Shown here: positions 1 to 9,869 of the stretch, one piece after another
Layout of the letters: each line of letters opens with the position of its first letter
Numbering within the stretch: position 1 is the first letter of the stretch
Origin: Promethearchaeota archaeon
GTDB taxonomy: Archaea > Asgardarchaeota > Lokiarchaeia > Sigyniarchaeales > SOKP01
DNA: 38,563 nt
Reading direction: 5' to 3'
NCBI GenBank assembly: GCA_016930515.1
Contig: JAFGGO010000093.1
Coordinates: forward strand, 1-38,563
The notes under the pieces: generated by a model
Databases searched by the model: none
What the model saw: only the letters and a program-made list of their open reading frames with translations
What the model was told of the DNA's origin: nothing
Made by a program: the position numbers and the translations under genes

Positions 1-326
1 AATTTCATTGTTGATACAACTTGTTAATTTTTTAAAACCCCATTAACAAAAATGTTAAAGAATAATTAACGGTGGTTACTTATTGCTTTTATTCTTTTTA
101 AATGTTTTCCAATAATGTCAATTTGAATTCAAATTTTATTAATCCAATAATTTACCTCAGCATTATGATTTTATAATAATTTGATTGGAAAATTTTCGTT
201 TTAGAAAAGGCATAAATATATATATTTTTTTCTCACTTTTGTATAATTTTTGATTTTATAACAAATAAAATCGATTTCAAGCAGAAATTTAAAAACACAT
301 ACTAGCCAAAATAACTGAATTATATT

Positions 327-1697
327 ATGATGCTTAATAAAAGCAAAATCAAGGCATTTTTAAAGCGATTTAACATTATAATAACCGGTTTTATTTTTTC
401 TTTTATTTATTGGATGCTTGATTTTTTATACCATTATCTTTATGTAGATATAGGCTCAAATTTTTTTAATTGTATCTTTCCCAGAGATATTCACGATTTA
501 TTCATGCGGGTTTTTATAACGATTTGTGTTATTTCTTGTAGCATTCCTATACAATATCTCAATCTCAAAAAACGAAAATTAAATACGGAATTAAAAAATA
601 GTAGTATATTTTTACAAAACCTATTTGACGCAATCCAAGACGGAATTAGCGTCTTAGACCGAGATTTAACTATTATCAAAGTTAATTCTTGGATGGACAG
701 GATGTATGGTGCGGATGGATCTATAATTGGAAAGAAATGTTACGATGTTTATCAACAAAGGACCTCTCCGTGTCCTTGGTGTCCATGCCTTAAAACCATT
801 GAAACAGGCAAATTGCACGATTCAATTGTACCCTATCCATCTCAGGAAAAACCTACTGGGTGGATTGAGCTCACTGCTTTCCCACTTTACGACGAACTTA
901 AAAAAGTGAGTAATGTTCTTGAGTATGTAAAAGACATTTCTAAACAAATGGAATACCAGACAGAACTGCAAAAATCAGAAGTAAAATATCGCGAAGCCTT
1001 TAATCGCGCTGATCTTTATAAGGATTTATTTGCCCACGACATTAGTAATTTACTCCAAGGTATTTTATTATCAAGCGAAATTATTCTGTCTCAGTTAAAT
1101 GAAAAGTCTAATTCTATCCAGATTTTCGATGCATTAAGAATTATAAAAGACCAAGTACAACGTGGTTCAAAATTAACTAAAAATGTTCGAAAACTCTCCT
1201 TACTTGAAAATCATAATCTCATGCCTGAACCTATTGAAATTATTGGATTATTAAGAAAGAGCGTGGCCCTTTTAAATAAAACATATCAAGATAAAAAAAT
1301 CGACATACAAATTGAATCTTTTACGGAAGAATTATTCGTGAATGTCAATGAATTGATTGAAGATATTTTTGATAATTTATTAATAAATGCCGTAAATTAC
1401 AATAAAAACGACAATATTGAAATCCAAATAAAAATTTCAAAAATAGAAACTGGTGTCAAAATTGAATTCATTGATAATGGTATGGGAATCGAAGACATGC
1501 GAAAAAAAGAAATTTTCCAAAGAACTTCGGTGAATTCAAAAAACACTAGTGGGATGGGTTTAGGGTTGTCTTTAGTCAAAAAAATTGTTGATTCGTTCAA
1601 TGGGGATATTTGGGTTGAAAATAAAATCAAAAACGATTATTCTAAGGGAAGTAAATTCGTCCTCTTAATTCCTGAAGTACAATTATTGATTCATTAA
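327..1697 (+). CDS. Membrane-anchored PAS-domain sensor histidine kinase
   Basis: Two N-terminal hydrophobic segments; PAS region (LFDAIQDGISVLD...GKKCY...CPWCP); H-box FAHDISNLLQGI; HATPase N/G boxes (NLLINAVNYN, DNGMGI, GMGLGLSLVK, GSKF). Confidence 0.92.
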   Translation: MMLNKSKIKAFLKRFNIIITGFIFSFIYWMLDFLYHYLYVDIGSNFFNCIFPRDIHDLFMRVFITICVISCSIPIQYLNLKKRKLNTELKNSSIFLQNLFDAIQDGISVLDRDLTIIKVNSWMDRMYGADGSIIGKKCYDVYQQRTSPCPWCPCLKTIETGKLHDSIVPYPSQEKPTGWIELTAFPLYDELKKVSNVLEYVKDISKQMEYQTELQKSEVKYREAFNRADLYKDLFAHDISNLLQGILLSSEIILSQLNEKSNSIQIFDALRIIKDQVQRGSKLTKNVRKLSLLENHNLMPEPIEIIGLLRKSVALLNKTYQDKKIDIQIESFTEELFVNVNELIEDIFDNLLINAVNYNKNDNIEIQIKISKIETGVKIEFIDNGMGIEDMRKKEIFQRTSVNSKNTSGMGLGLSLVKKIVDSFNGDIWVENKIKNDYSKGSKFVLLIPEVQLLIH

Positions 1698-1769
1698 CAA
1701 TTAATATGCTTTTTCTTTAAAATATTTCTTTTCAAATATGCTGTAATTAATTAATAAATCTTAATATTT

Positions 1770-3119
1770 CTATATTTTAAGATCTATTCCTTTTTTCTGC
1801 AATTTTTTTAGAATTTTCATAGTAGTTGAGTCAGAATCTAATTTTATTGGGTTTTCTCTTAAATCTAAAGATCGAAGCTTTGGAATGTTTAAAATTATTT
1901 CAGGCAATGTTGTTATTTTATTATTCCAAAAAATCAATTTTTTTAGTTTTTGTAATTTCCCTATCGATTTAGGAATTGATGTTATCGCATTTCGGGATAG
2001 TTCTAATATTTGAAGCATTTCAAGGCATCCAATTGATTCAGGAATGGTTGTTAATAGATTTCCAGGTAATCTTAATTCTTTCAAGGATTTTAAGCAATAT
2101 ATATTCTTTGGTATGGATTTTATCTTATTATTACTTAAATTCAAGTAGTTTAATTCACTCAATATTATAATTGGTTCAGGAAATATGCATAAACGATTAT
2201 TTGCTAATGAAATCCATTCAAGTGCCCTTAATTTATTGAATTCTAATGGAATTTCCCTAAATCCATTACTAGAAATGTTAAATTTTTTTAAATTTATTAA
2301 TTTTTCAATCACTTTCGGAAATTCGGTTAAACCTGTACTTCTTAGATTTAATTTTTTAAGATTCTTCAAGATTTGTATTGATTTGGGGATTGATTTGATT
2401 AGATTTCCACTAATATCCAAATCCTCAAGCAAGAAAAGGAGGGATATTACTTCAGGAAAATTAGAGAATAAATTATTTGATAAGTTTAATTTCTTCAGAT
2501 TTTTCAAGTGCTTCATTGTTTCTGGAAGCACTGCTAACGCACTCTTCTCCAAATTTAACACCTTGAGGTTTATTAAATTACCAAAAGATTCAGGAAGCTC
2601 GTTTATCATATTATTGTTGAGATCTAATTCTTCAAGATTCGTGAATTTACATAATGCTTCGGGTATTTGAGTTAAGATTGAATCGTCATCATAAGGATAA
2701 TCTTCGTAATAATAAGGATCTGGTGCAAATTTTTCTTTAAAGCCCGATAAATTGAATTTAATCGCATGTTTCTTTTCCTTTAATTTTAACTGAATTTCAT
2801 TCACATCTAATTTATCGAGGGTACCATCTTTAAAGATGTAAAATACTTGTTCGCGTTCGTTTTCTTCCAGAGCTTTTATGATGTGTTCATTATATGGTTT
2901 TTCTGCTCTTTTTTCTCCAATTGTTTTGAGTTTATAAAGTAGGGGTAATTCCAAGTATTCTTGAATTAATTTTGTTTGAAATTCGCTTTTTACCCATTCT
3001 TGAAAATTCGAAGAGAAATCGTTGAATTTCCTTTCCATCGTATCGCTAGATTCTTTTCCAATATATAGTTGAATAAATGTAGATCCTATCTCCTCTCTGC
3101 TTGAGAACCATATATTCAT
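1770..3119 (-). CDS. Leucine-rich repeat protein
   Basis: About a dozen 23-aa repeats of the type LxxLxLxxNxIxxLPxxI (e.g. LEELDLNNNMINELPESF, LQILELSRNAITSIPKSI) after a non-repeat N-terminus. Confidence 0.92.
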   Translation of the reverse strand: MNIWFSSREEIGSTFIQLYIGKESSDTMERKFNDFSSNFQEWVKSEFQTKLIQEYLELPLLYKLKTIGEKRAEKPYNEHIIKALEENEREQVFYIFKDGTLDKLDVNEIQLKLKEKKHAIKFNLSGFKEKFAPDPYYYEDYPYDDDSILTQIPEALCKFTNLEELDLNNNMINELPESFGNLINLKVLNLEKSALAVLPETMKHLKNLKKLNLSNNLFSNFPEVISLLFLLEDLDISGNLIKSIPKSIQILKNLKKLNLRSTGLTEFPKVIEKLINLKKFNISSNGFREIPLEFNKLRALEWISLANNRLCIFPEPIIILSELNYLNLSNNKIKSIPKNIYCLKSLKELRLPGNLLTTIPESIGCLEMLQILELSRNAITSIPKSIGKLQKLKKLIFWNNKITTLPEIILNIPKLRSLDLRENPIKLDSDSTTMKILKKLQKKGIDLKI

Positions 3120-3208
3120 TTATAATAAAATCTTTTTTCATCATTCTAATTCATATTTGAAGAATAAATAATAAATAGATGTAGATATCAAATCTTGGTT
3201 TTTTTTTA

Positions 3209-4192
3209 TTATTTTACAAATATATCATTGATTTTTCTATTATTTTTAGAATTATGATTCAATGATAAGTTAGAGGGTTTTATATGAAGAAAATTAAAAC
3301 AACCTTCCACTTTTTCATCTTCTCCAATTATTCTCATATTATCCTCTTGAATAACGCATTCAGAGAGTAGTTTAATTAAATCGTCCTTATCTCGATGATA
3401 CATGATCCAATCAAGTACTGAGCAAATTTCTATGGTTTTATGATCTTTTGAAATATTACCTATTACAAGCTCCCCGTCCTTACGAAGTAGTGCTAAACAT
3501 TTTTTAACCAAGTGTATAAAAGATATATCGTTAAGATAATCAAATAATCCTGCAGACCATATCAGATCATATTTCTTATTTGTAGAAAAATGGAATATAT
3601 TATTATGATGAAATGTTATCTTTCCTAAAAATGCTTTACATAAATTTTTGGAATAAGAAATCGCTTTTTGATCGATATCTACACATTCAAAGTGAATATT
3701 ATTAATTCCATCTTCACTTAAAAATTCAAAAATATCTCTTGTTGGGCCACTTCCTATATTTAGAATTTCTATTTCACTATTGTTGTTATTTTTTTTGTTT
3801 AGAATTCTAACCAAATTCTTAAAGTATTCTTTCCGTTTTCTCACAGCCATAGATGCTTTGTGGGCATTATAATATAAATCCCATTTCTTAAATTTTTGAT
3901 CAGGATTAATGTGTTTTTGATAGATTTTGTCAATTATTTCGTAATCACCTGCATATCCATGAGGTTTTATTAAAGTAAAACCAATTAAAGTTTCTACAGA
4001 AAAAACAGCTATAAGGAACTTCCTAATACATTTCAATTCTTTAACTTGAAGGACACCGGATTTAACTTCGTTATAAATTTTACCAAACCAAGAATCAATT
4101 AATTCATATTCGTGAATATTCGGACCTCCTCTCTCAATGAATTTTGTTATAAAATTAATGTGTTCTTTTACTTTGCTATTGATCTTTATCAC
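3209..4192 (-). CDS. Class I SAM-dependent methyltransferase (resembles the PhcB-like KPxGYAGD family)
   Basis: Motif I ILNIGSGP, acidic CVDID, YDLIWSAGLFDYL, upstream KPHGYAGDYEIID. GTG start is uncertain. Confidence 0.85.
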   Translation of the reverse strand: MIKINSKVKEHINFITKFIERGGPNIHEYELIDSWFGKIYNEVKSGVLQVKELKCIRKFLIAVFSVETLIGFTLIKPHGYAGDYEIIDKIYQKHINPDQKFKKWDLYYNAHKASMAVRKRKEYFKNLVRILNKKNNNNSEIEILNIGSGPTRDIFEFLSEDGINNIHFECVDIDQKAISYSKNLCKAFLGKITFHHNNIFHFSTNKKYDLIWSAGLFDYLNDISFIHLVKKCLALLRKDGELVIGNISKDHKTIEICSVLDWIMYHRDKDDLIKLLSECVIQEDNMRIIGEDEKVEGCFNFLHIKPSNLSLNHNSKNNRKINDIFVK

Positions 4193-4337
4193 CTTATAAA
4201 AGGGATTTCTATCTGTTTTATCAATTATTATGAAGAGATTTATTGTGGTATATAAATCTATGGGGGTAGTTTTTGCAGTACTCGTATTTTATGCACTTTT
4301 AAAAGAAACGCCAACTATAAATTGATAAATAGTACCT

Positions 4338-4778
4338 TTAAAGTGTGAACTCTCTTTTACACGACTAACAGGATTCCTCATTAATTCTAAGCCTTGTTGC
4401 GCAATTGAGGTAATAAATCACCTAGTACATTATGCACGCGCAGCTCGGCCTGGAGATGTGACCTTTATGTCTATTAAAAGTTAATATTTGTTTTTCATAT
4501 TCCATTTCTTCTTCGTTTTTTTACTTCCTTGTCATACAGCAAGATGTTGCTTTCATTCTTAATATTTTTTACAGCTTTTTTGAATATCTTATCAACTTTG
4601 CCTTATTAAGGGTTCTTAAAATCGTTCTCGTATTACTTATATCCGCTATATTCCATCTTTTTGCCAGGAAAATGCCAAGTCCTATAAATCCGATTGCGAC
4701 AGCAAGCAAGACAGTTACGATAACACTTAGGGGAAGCTCCAGCGATTGAGTAAGATTGCTGACTGTAATGACGAACCA
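4338..4778 (-). pseudogene. Decayed 3' remnant of a TM + RING-like Zn-finger surface protein (paralog of 9870-12059 and 34050-36158)
   Basis: Manual translation gives WFVITVSNLTQSLELPLSVIVTVLLAVAIGFIGLGIFLAKR...EMEYEKQILTFNRHKGHISRPSCACIMY*VIYYLNCATRLRINEESC*SCKREFTL*. This aligns to WIVVKV...PEFPLEVIIAIILIVGIGLIGLGILLVKK...EVELERQRLTCIVHKGPIVGPSYVCPNCDVIYCLNCANELKLKGEICWSCGSKFEL. Several in-frame stops. Confidence 0.85.
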
Positions 4779-4838
4779 TTAAGGATCCGATTTGTCTTAA
4801 TTTAATGTTTAAGTGAAGTAATTAAAAAGTGTAGAGTG

Positions 4839-5849
4839 CTAAAATTCGTGAAAGCACTTCGTGCAGACACGCTTTTTGGCGTATATTCTTTTAGGCACAT
4901 AGCTTAATATTTGGGTTTTATCGTCCACTTCCTTTATGGCAAAACCCATCGCATTGCAATTCGGACAAATGCGCGTTAAAATACCCGTGGACTTCGAATA
5001 AGTAGCGGAAGGCCGGGGTGTGTATGGTTGTCCATCTGATGTGTAAGAATCTTGTTCGTATGAAGATGGGTTATAGGTATCTTGCTCGTAAGACGTGTTA
5101 TAGGGATTATAATCATACGGATCCTGATATTCGGCTTCTCTTACGGGTGGTGCTTGCATCTGGGGTGGTGGAGGCGCATTCAAGCGAGGTGAATGTGCTT
5201 GTATGTGTGGCGGGGTATTATTTTGGGGATATGCTGGTGGAGTATTGCTTGGTGGCGCTTGAGCTCTGGGAGGCATCATGGAAGGAGGGCGAGTTGGAGG
5301 TCCTCGGGTTGGTGGTGACTGAAGTCTTGAAGATTCCAGACTTGAAGAATGTGTTGGAGGGCTTCGTGGGGGGGGTGCGGGAGGCGAGCTGATTTTGCTT
5401 TCTTGAGATTGCGACTTTTGTTCGTCTTTTTCTGATTTTTGTTTGTTGTGCGATTCCTTGTAAAAAGGATGCGTTGGTGGTAGTTCCTTGTGAGGGTGTG
5501 ACGATTTCGAATCATGTATTTGGGACGGTACGGGCGTCGCTTTTAAAACGGTCCGGTAGTCAGATGGTGATCGCTCCCTTGGAGAGACAGAAACCTTCAC
5601 GTCGTAGGCAGGGGCAGGTGGAGACTTGGGTGTTGGTGGTGTTCTGGCTTGCATGTGATTCTGAAACGGAATGTTTTGACCTCGAAATTTTTCTATTTCC
5701 TCTTTTAACCGTGCTATCTCGTAGTCCTTCTCTCTGACGACGAGCTCGTATTGCTGTATTTGAGCCATTAATCCATCGATATAGGCGTTATACTCTTCTA
5801 TTTTCTTCTCGTATTCGGTATACATGTCGTACATGAGGTAGTCGTTCAC
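4839..5849 (-). CDS. Coiled-coil / proline-rich / C-terminal Zn-ribbon protein (paralog 1); likely start ATG at 5834
   Basis: N-terminal heptads, long Pro/Ser/Gln-rich region, C-terminal CPNC...KKRVCTKC. N- and C-termini match ORF 13169-13822 (MYDMYxEYE; LTRICPNC.AMGFAIKEV.DKTQI.SYVP..IYAKK.VCTKCF.EF). Confidence 0.85.
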   Translation of the reverse strand: MNDYLMYDMYTEYEKKIEEYNAYIDGLMAQIQQYELVVREKDYEIARLKEEIEKFRGQNIPFQNHMQARTPPTPKSPPAPAYDVKVSVSPRERSPSDYRTVLKATPVPSQIHDSKSSHPHKELPPTHPFYKESHNKQKSEKDEQKSQSQESKISSPPAPPPRSPPTHSSSLESSRLQSPPTRGPPTRPPSMMPPRAQAPPSNTPPAYPQNNTPPHIQAHSPRLNAPPPPQMQAPPVREAEYQDPYDYNPYNTSYEQDTYNPSSYEQDSYTSDGQPYTPRPSATYSKSTGILTRICPNCNAMGFAIKEVDDKTQILSYVPKRIYAKKRVCTKCFHEF

Positions 5850-6034
5850 CTTATAAAATGATGGTTTTAGCTATTTTGGATCTTAATTATTACTAATGTG
5901 AACCATCTATTTAAATGCATACTAGAAATACTATTAATTGATTTTTAAAAAAAGGAGAATTTATTCCATTTTCAAGCATATAATTTATAGAAAAAGCTAA
6001 AAAATTTTATGTTGGCGAGGATAGAAATATTATA

Positions 6035-7663
6035 ATGAGTGAAACTATAACATTAAAGGAGGTCACGGTTTATCAAAACATGGCTTCTTTTAAAATGATT
6101 GGAACCTATCGCTGCAAGGCGGGTTTGAACGAAATTCTGGTTAACCACTTGACCAAGCGAATGGTCAAGGATTCGGTTCGCGTCAACGGTTCGGGGCCGG
6201 GAAAGCTCGTGAATATCTTGGTAGAGCGCGTTTACTCTAACGAACTCGTAAAAGAAAAGATCAAGGAGCTAACCAAAGAAAGAGATGAGAAACTGAAAAT
6301 AAAACAGCAACTAGATGACGATTTAAACGACGCTACCAATTTCAAGGTCAAATCCAACCTCGCACTCGAGAGGTTCGCGCAGGAGTTTCCCAAGTGGTTT
6401 TCATTCGGAAAGATCGACCTTGAATCCGTGAAAAACATGAATTCATTGTTTCAAACTCAAATTACGGAGGCTTCAAAGCAAATACGCTCTCTAAGCGAGC
6501 AAATTGAAAAAATCCAACTTGAAATCGACCGTTTGAATGCAGTAATATACGAACTTGGAGGTGGAAGCTCGCTCGATTCCGAAGTACACCACAAGATCGT
6601 GGTGGTGATCGATGCCGAAAAAGCGTCCGATTTTCAAGTCGAACTATCTTTTATGGTCCAAGACGCTTATTGGGTGCCGTTCTACGATATATTCATTCAA
6701 GACTCGGATGTGGATATCAATCTCATGGCAAACATTCATAATCATACGGAAATAGATTGGAACGATGTGGAAATGAATGTATCAACCGCAACTTCCGAAC
6801 CCGTAAAATTAGAAAAACCAGAACCCTATACCATCAATCATATTAGCCCCGTGAGGCCCACGACGGGGAGGATGTATCGACATTATGGAGGTGCCATGAT
6901 GAATACAGAAAAAGATGTTGACGCAAAACTCGACTTGGTGGCCCAGTCGAACATCGCATTTGAAATGTCTCCCGAAGACAAGCCTGCCCCAGAACCAATG
7001 GAAGCAGAACCAATGAGTACCGTGGACACATCAATGATATCGAATTACGGGGTCCAGTCATACAACTTGAAAAGCAAGTTCTCCATCCCTTCCGATAAAA
7101 ACCCTAAACCCGTACACCTGTTTAAGGACAAGTTACCAAGCGTCATTCAATATTTTTGGACTACTGCTTCACCAAATAGAGTGCTCTGCAATAACAAGAT
7201 AAAGAACAAGGATCGCTTGCTCCTCCCGGGACAAGCGAATGTCTATGTCAACGACGAATATATGGGATCTTCGGAATTAAGCTTGATTGCTCCAAACCAA
7301 GAATTCAAGCTTGGAGAGCGATTAACCTACGATGTGAGAGTCAAGAAATTCCTGAAAAATAAAAACGCCCAAAAAGAAGGCGTGTTAAAGGGAAAGAAGT
7401 CCGTATCGTATTCCTACGAGATTGAGATCGAAAACCTTGCAGGTGTGAAAGAAGAGCTCATTCTCTACGAGCGCATTCCCTATAGCGTATCGGAACGAAT
7501 ATCGGTAAAAGTCGGTACTTTTTCGGAAAAATACGCCCGGAATGTCATGAACGTGTTTAAATTCGTCTTGAACATGTCCGAAATCAAGGATAAAAAAGTC
7601 ATTTCATATGACTATGATGTGGTCTACGAAAAAGACGTGAACATATATCCTGCTCTACCCTAA
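6035..7663 (+). CDS. DUF4140/DUF4139 (MuiA-like) family protein
   Basis: EVTVYQNMA...DSVRV, central coiled coil, AYWVPFYDI...NHTEIDWNDV..STA.S, LLPGQANVY, YSYEIEIEN...ERIP.S. Confidence 0.85.
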   Translation: MSETITLKEVTVYQNMASFKMIGTYRCKAGLNEILVNHLTKRMVKDSVRVNGSGPGKLVNILVERVYSNELVKEKIKELTKERDEKLKIKQQLDDDLNDATNFKVKSNLALERFAQEFPKWFSFGKIDLESVKNMNSLFQTQITEASKQIRSLSEQIEKIQLEIDRLNAVIYELGGGSSLDSEVHHKIVVVIDAEKASDFQVELSFMVQDAYWVPFYDIFIQDSDVDINLMANIHNHTEIDWNDVEMNVSTATSEPVKLEKPEPYTINHISPVRPTTGRMYRHYGGAMMNTEKDVDAKLDLVAQSNIAFEMSPEDKPAPEPMEAEPMSTVDTSMISNYGVQSYNLKSKFSIPSDKNPKPVHLFKDKLPSVIQYFWTTASPNRVLCNNKIKNKDRLLLPGQANVYVNDEYMGSSELSLIAPNQEFKLGERLTYDVRVKKFLKNKNAQKEGVLKGKKSVSYSYEIEIENLAGVKEELILYERIPYSVSERISVKVGTFSEKYARNVMNVFKFVLNMSEIKDKKVISYDYDVVYEKDVNIYPALP

Positions 7664-7690
7664 TTCTTTTTTTATCGTTTTTTATTTTCT

Positions 7691-8332
7691 CTAATTTGTA
7701 TCCCTTTTTTCCCAGGCTTCTTTAATCATCGGATTCTTGTTAAAAAACTGTTCTCTAATCGGTTTTGGAACCCTGTTTAAAGGACAGGTAAAATTCACGC
7801 AATCAGTGCAGACTTTTAATTGTATGACGACGAACCATAATGTTGTTCCTCCAAGTAGAAACGCGAGGGGAATCCACAGCTGATCTATGATCAAAAACGG
7901 TATTGGGTATCCGAACAATGTAAAGGCTCCGATCAAGAATTGAATTTTTTCTGATTTAGACATGGGCCCAGGATCGTATCGTCCCGTCTTGAGTTTTCCC
8001 CTATCCACGGCGCAATGCAAGCTCCTTTGGCTATCGTTTGCGTAGTAAGGACAGTGATTACAGACCGTACGACTCTCCCATATAAAAAAGAAAAACATTG
8101 CGTAGGAGATCCAACCGATGTAAAAGATAATTTTAACAATCAATTGAAATGACGAGAACCACATTCCCAACACTACGGGACCGATGGCAATTAAAAAAGG
8201 AAGCCCAAAATATGCAGCGTATTTTAGTTTCGGGCGACAAAATAACTCCTCGTGCAAGGTACAATTGCCACACTCTTTTGGATCCTTCCACATGCAGATC
8301 TCGCTTGCCAAACCAAGAATCTTTCTTTTCAT
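7691..8332 (-). CDS. Cysteine-rich 4-TM membrane protein of unknown function
   Basis: Four hydrophobic segments; Cys clusters C-x7-CGNC-x7-C, CNHCPYY..HC, CTDCVNFTC. ATG directly follows the stop codon of the upstream gene. Confidence 0.75.
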   Translation of the reverse strand: MKRKILGLASEICMWKDPKECGNCTLHEELFCRPKLKYAAYFGLPFLIAIGPVVLGMWFSSFQLIVKIIFYIGWISYAMFFFFIWESRTVCNHCPYYANDSQRSLHCAVDRGKLKTGRYDPGPMSKSEKIQFLIGAFTLFGYPIPFLIIDQLWIPLAFLLGGTTLWFVVIQLKVCTDCVNFTCPLNRVPKPIREQFFNKNPMIKEAWEKRDTN

Positions 8333-8926
8333 TTATGAATCATCAACATTTTCGCCATATTGTTTGTCTAATCTAATGATGGAAAGCAAATCTTCTAATT
8401 TGGAAAAATCCGTATTATTAGGGTCGTCCGTTTTCGGGTTCCATCCAAATAACATTTCCGCCGACTTTCCGAAATTGACAACATACCACTTTAAAATTTC
8501 AATCTTATCTTGTTTCTCAGAAATGAATGAGATTTTTGGGACGAACTTCCGAAATCCTCGTTTAATAGCGACCTTATCTGGGCTTGCCCTGATATTCTTT
8601 ACCCAAGCAGACTTTTCACCCATTGAAGAGAATATAAGGAACGAATCTCCTTGTTTTCTGTATTCTAAAGGCGTCCTCCGTTTTTTACCGTCTTTCCTTT
8701 CGATGGTCGTTAACAACAAGATATACTTTCCAATGCCAAATAACGGTAATATATCCGCTCTATACAACGGGATCATGAGATACTTATTTAATTTCTGCCA
8801 CGATTTAAGTTTCCTTTCTCTCTGTTGCTTATCTTGAAAGTGGAAGGCATGCATTACTGATCCCATTCGAGGGAGCGCTTGATCGTCAGTTGTTTCATCA
8901 TTTGAAGGCTTCATGTTTATTCTCAC
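8333..8926 (-). CDS. Deazaflavin (F420)-dependent nitroreductase family (DDN-like) protein
   Basis: ILLLTTIERKDGKKRRTPLEY and SMGEKSAWVKNIRASPDKV resemble the DDN consensus LxTxGRKSGxxRxTPL...WxxNL.AxP. Start uncertain. Confidence 0.8.
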   Translation of the reverse strand: MRINMKPSNDETTDDQALPRMGSVMHAFHFQDKQQRERKLKSWQKLNKYLMIPLYRADILPLFGIGKYILLLTTIERKDGKKRRTPLEYRKQGDSFLIFSSMGEKSAWVKNIRASPDKVAIKRGFRKFVPKISFISEKQDKIEILKWYVVNFGKSAEMLFGWNPKTDDPNNTDFSKLEDLLSIIRLDKQYGENVDDS

Positions 8927-8980
8927 GATATAGTTGACCTATTTAAATTAAAATCTTTGCTTTACGAAATAATTGATATT

Positions 8981-9721
8981 TTATAGATTTAAAAATAAAG
9001 AAATCACTAGAGCGATAAGGATTCCTGACAGGCTTAAAATAAGAGCTTTTTCAGAGGGATTTTTTTCGTGAGTTTCATGTCGTAAATTTCCCGCTCCAAG
9101 ATACAAAAAATCACCTGCAAAAAAGGGTAATATGAAAACGAGAACAATTTCAGGAATTTCTACAAAAAAACTACAAAATACTCCTAATTAAGGAGTTGAT
9201 ACGTCCAATATTAACGTCCTTAAAGTAGATTTCGTAGACTTCTCCGATTTTAACATTAATGTGGTCGTATTTAATCTGTTAGAAAAATCGTGCGAAACGA
9301 CAGCAATTGCATTTACAAGTCCTACCGAAAGATTAAATTGAAATCCCACGCCAATTGCAAAGCCGTCCATATAAATATGGGCGTATAGTTCGATTGCGCC
9401 ATAAATCCCGCCTTTTGGGTGGCGCAAGTTGCTGCAGGATCCTTCATCACATATTTTATGAACGAAAATATATCGCTCGAGGATGAATAGAAACAAGAAA
9501 CCTAAAGCAGTAATGTAAATCACAATTTCTCCCAAAAAGTTTAGGCTCACTAATATTTTCAATAACTCTGGTAATAATTCAAATAACGCAATTCCTATTA
9601 GAACTCAAGCAGCAAAGGCAATAAAATATTCCAATTTAGGCTCGTACCTTGTTGCTAGGATATCCCCTAAAGATGTTGAAAAGAAGGTTATTATCGTTAA
9701 CAAAAGTGCAAACAAGATCAT
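8981..9721 (-). pseudogene. ZIP-family zinc/metal transporter pseudogene
   Basis: One reading frame from ATG 9721 (MILFALLLTIITFFSTSLG...FAA*VLIGIALFELLPE...AHIYMDGFAIG...AIAVVSHDFS...DVSTP*LGV...FFAGDFLYLGA..L.HETH) to TAA 8981-8983. Internal TGA at 9605-9607 and TAA at 9188-9190. Confidence 0.85.
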
Positions 9722-9869
9722 ATAGAATCTAATAAGCAAACCATAATCTTAAGTATATATACTTGGACAATTTTGACTTAGTATAAATATTAATAAACCA
9801 TTTTATAGGTTATATAATTAAAAGATAAATTAGGATCAATTCTTAAAATAATTAACCACTGGATTTAAA

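Noticed and set aside
8184-8837. 217-aa plus-strand ORF and other antisense ORFs (e.g. 2185-2670, 5018-5392, 11468-11932, 28953-29447, 37169-37645)
   Set aside because: Shadows of well-supported genes on the opposite strand, with no motifs of their own.
9605-9607. In-frame TGA in the ZIP gene as possible selenocysteine
   Set aside because: It replaces the conserved Gly of FAAG (GGA to TGA), not a Cys, and a TAA also interrupts the gene.
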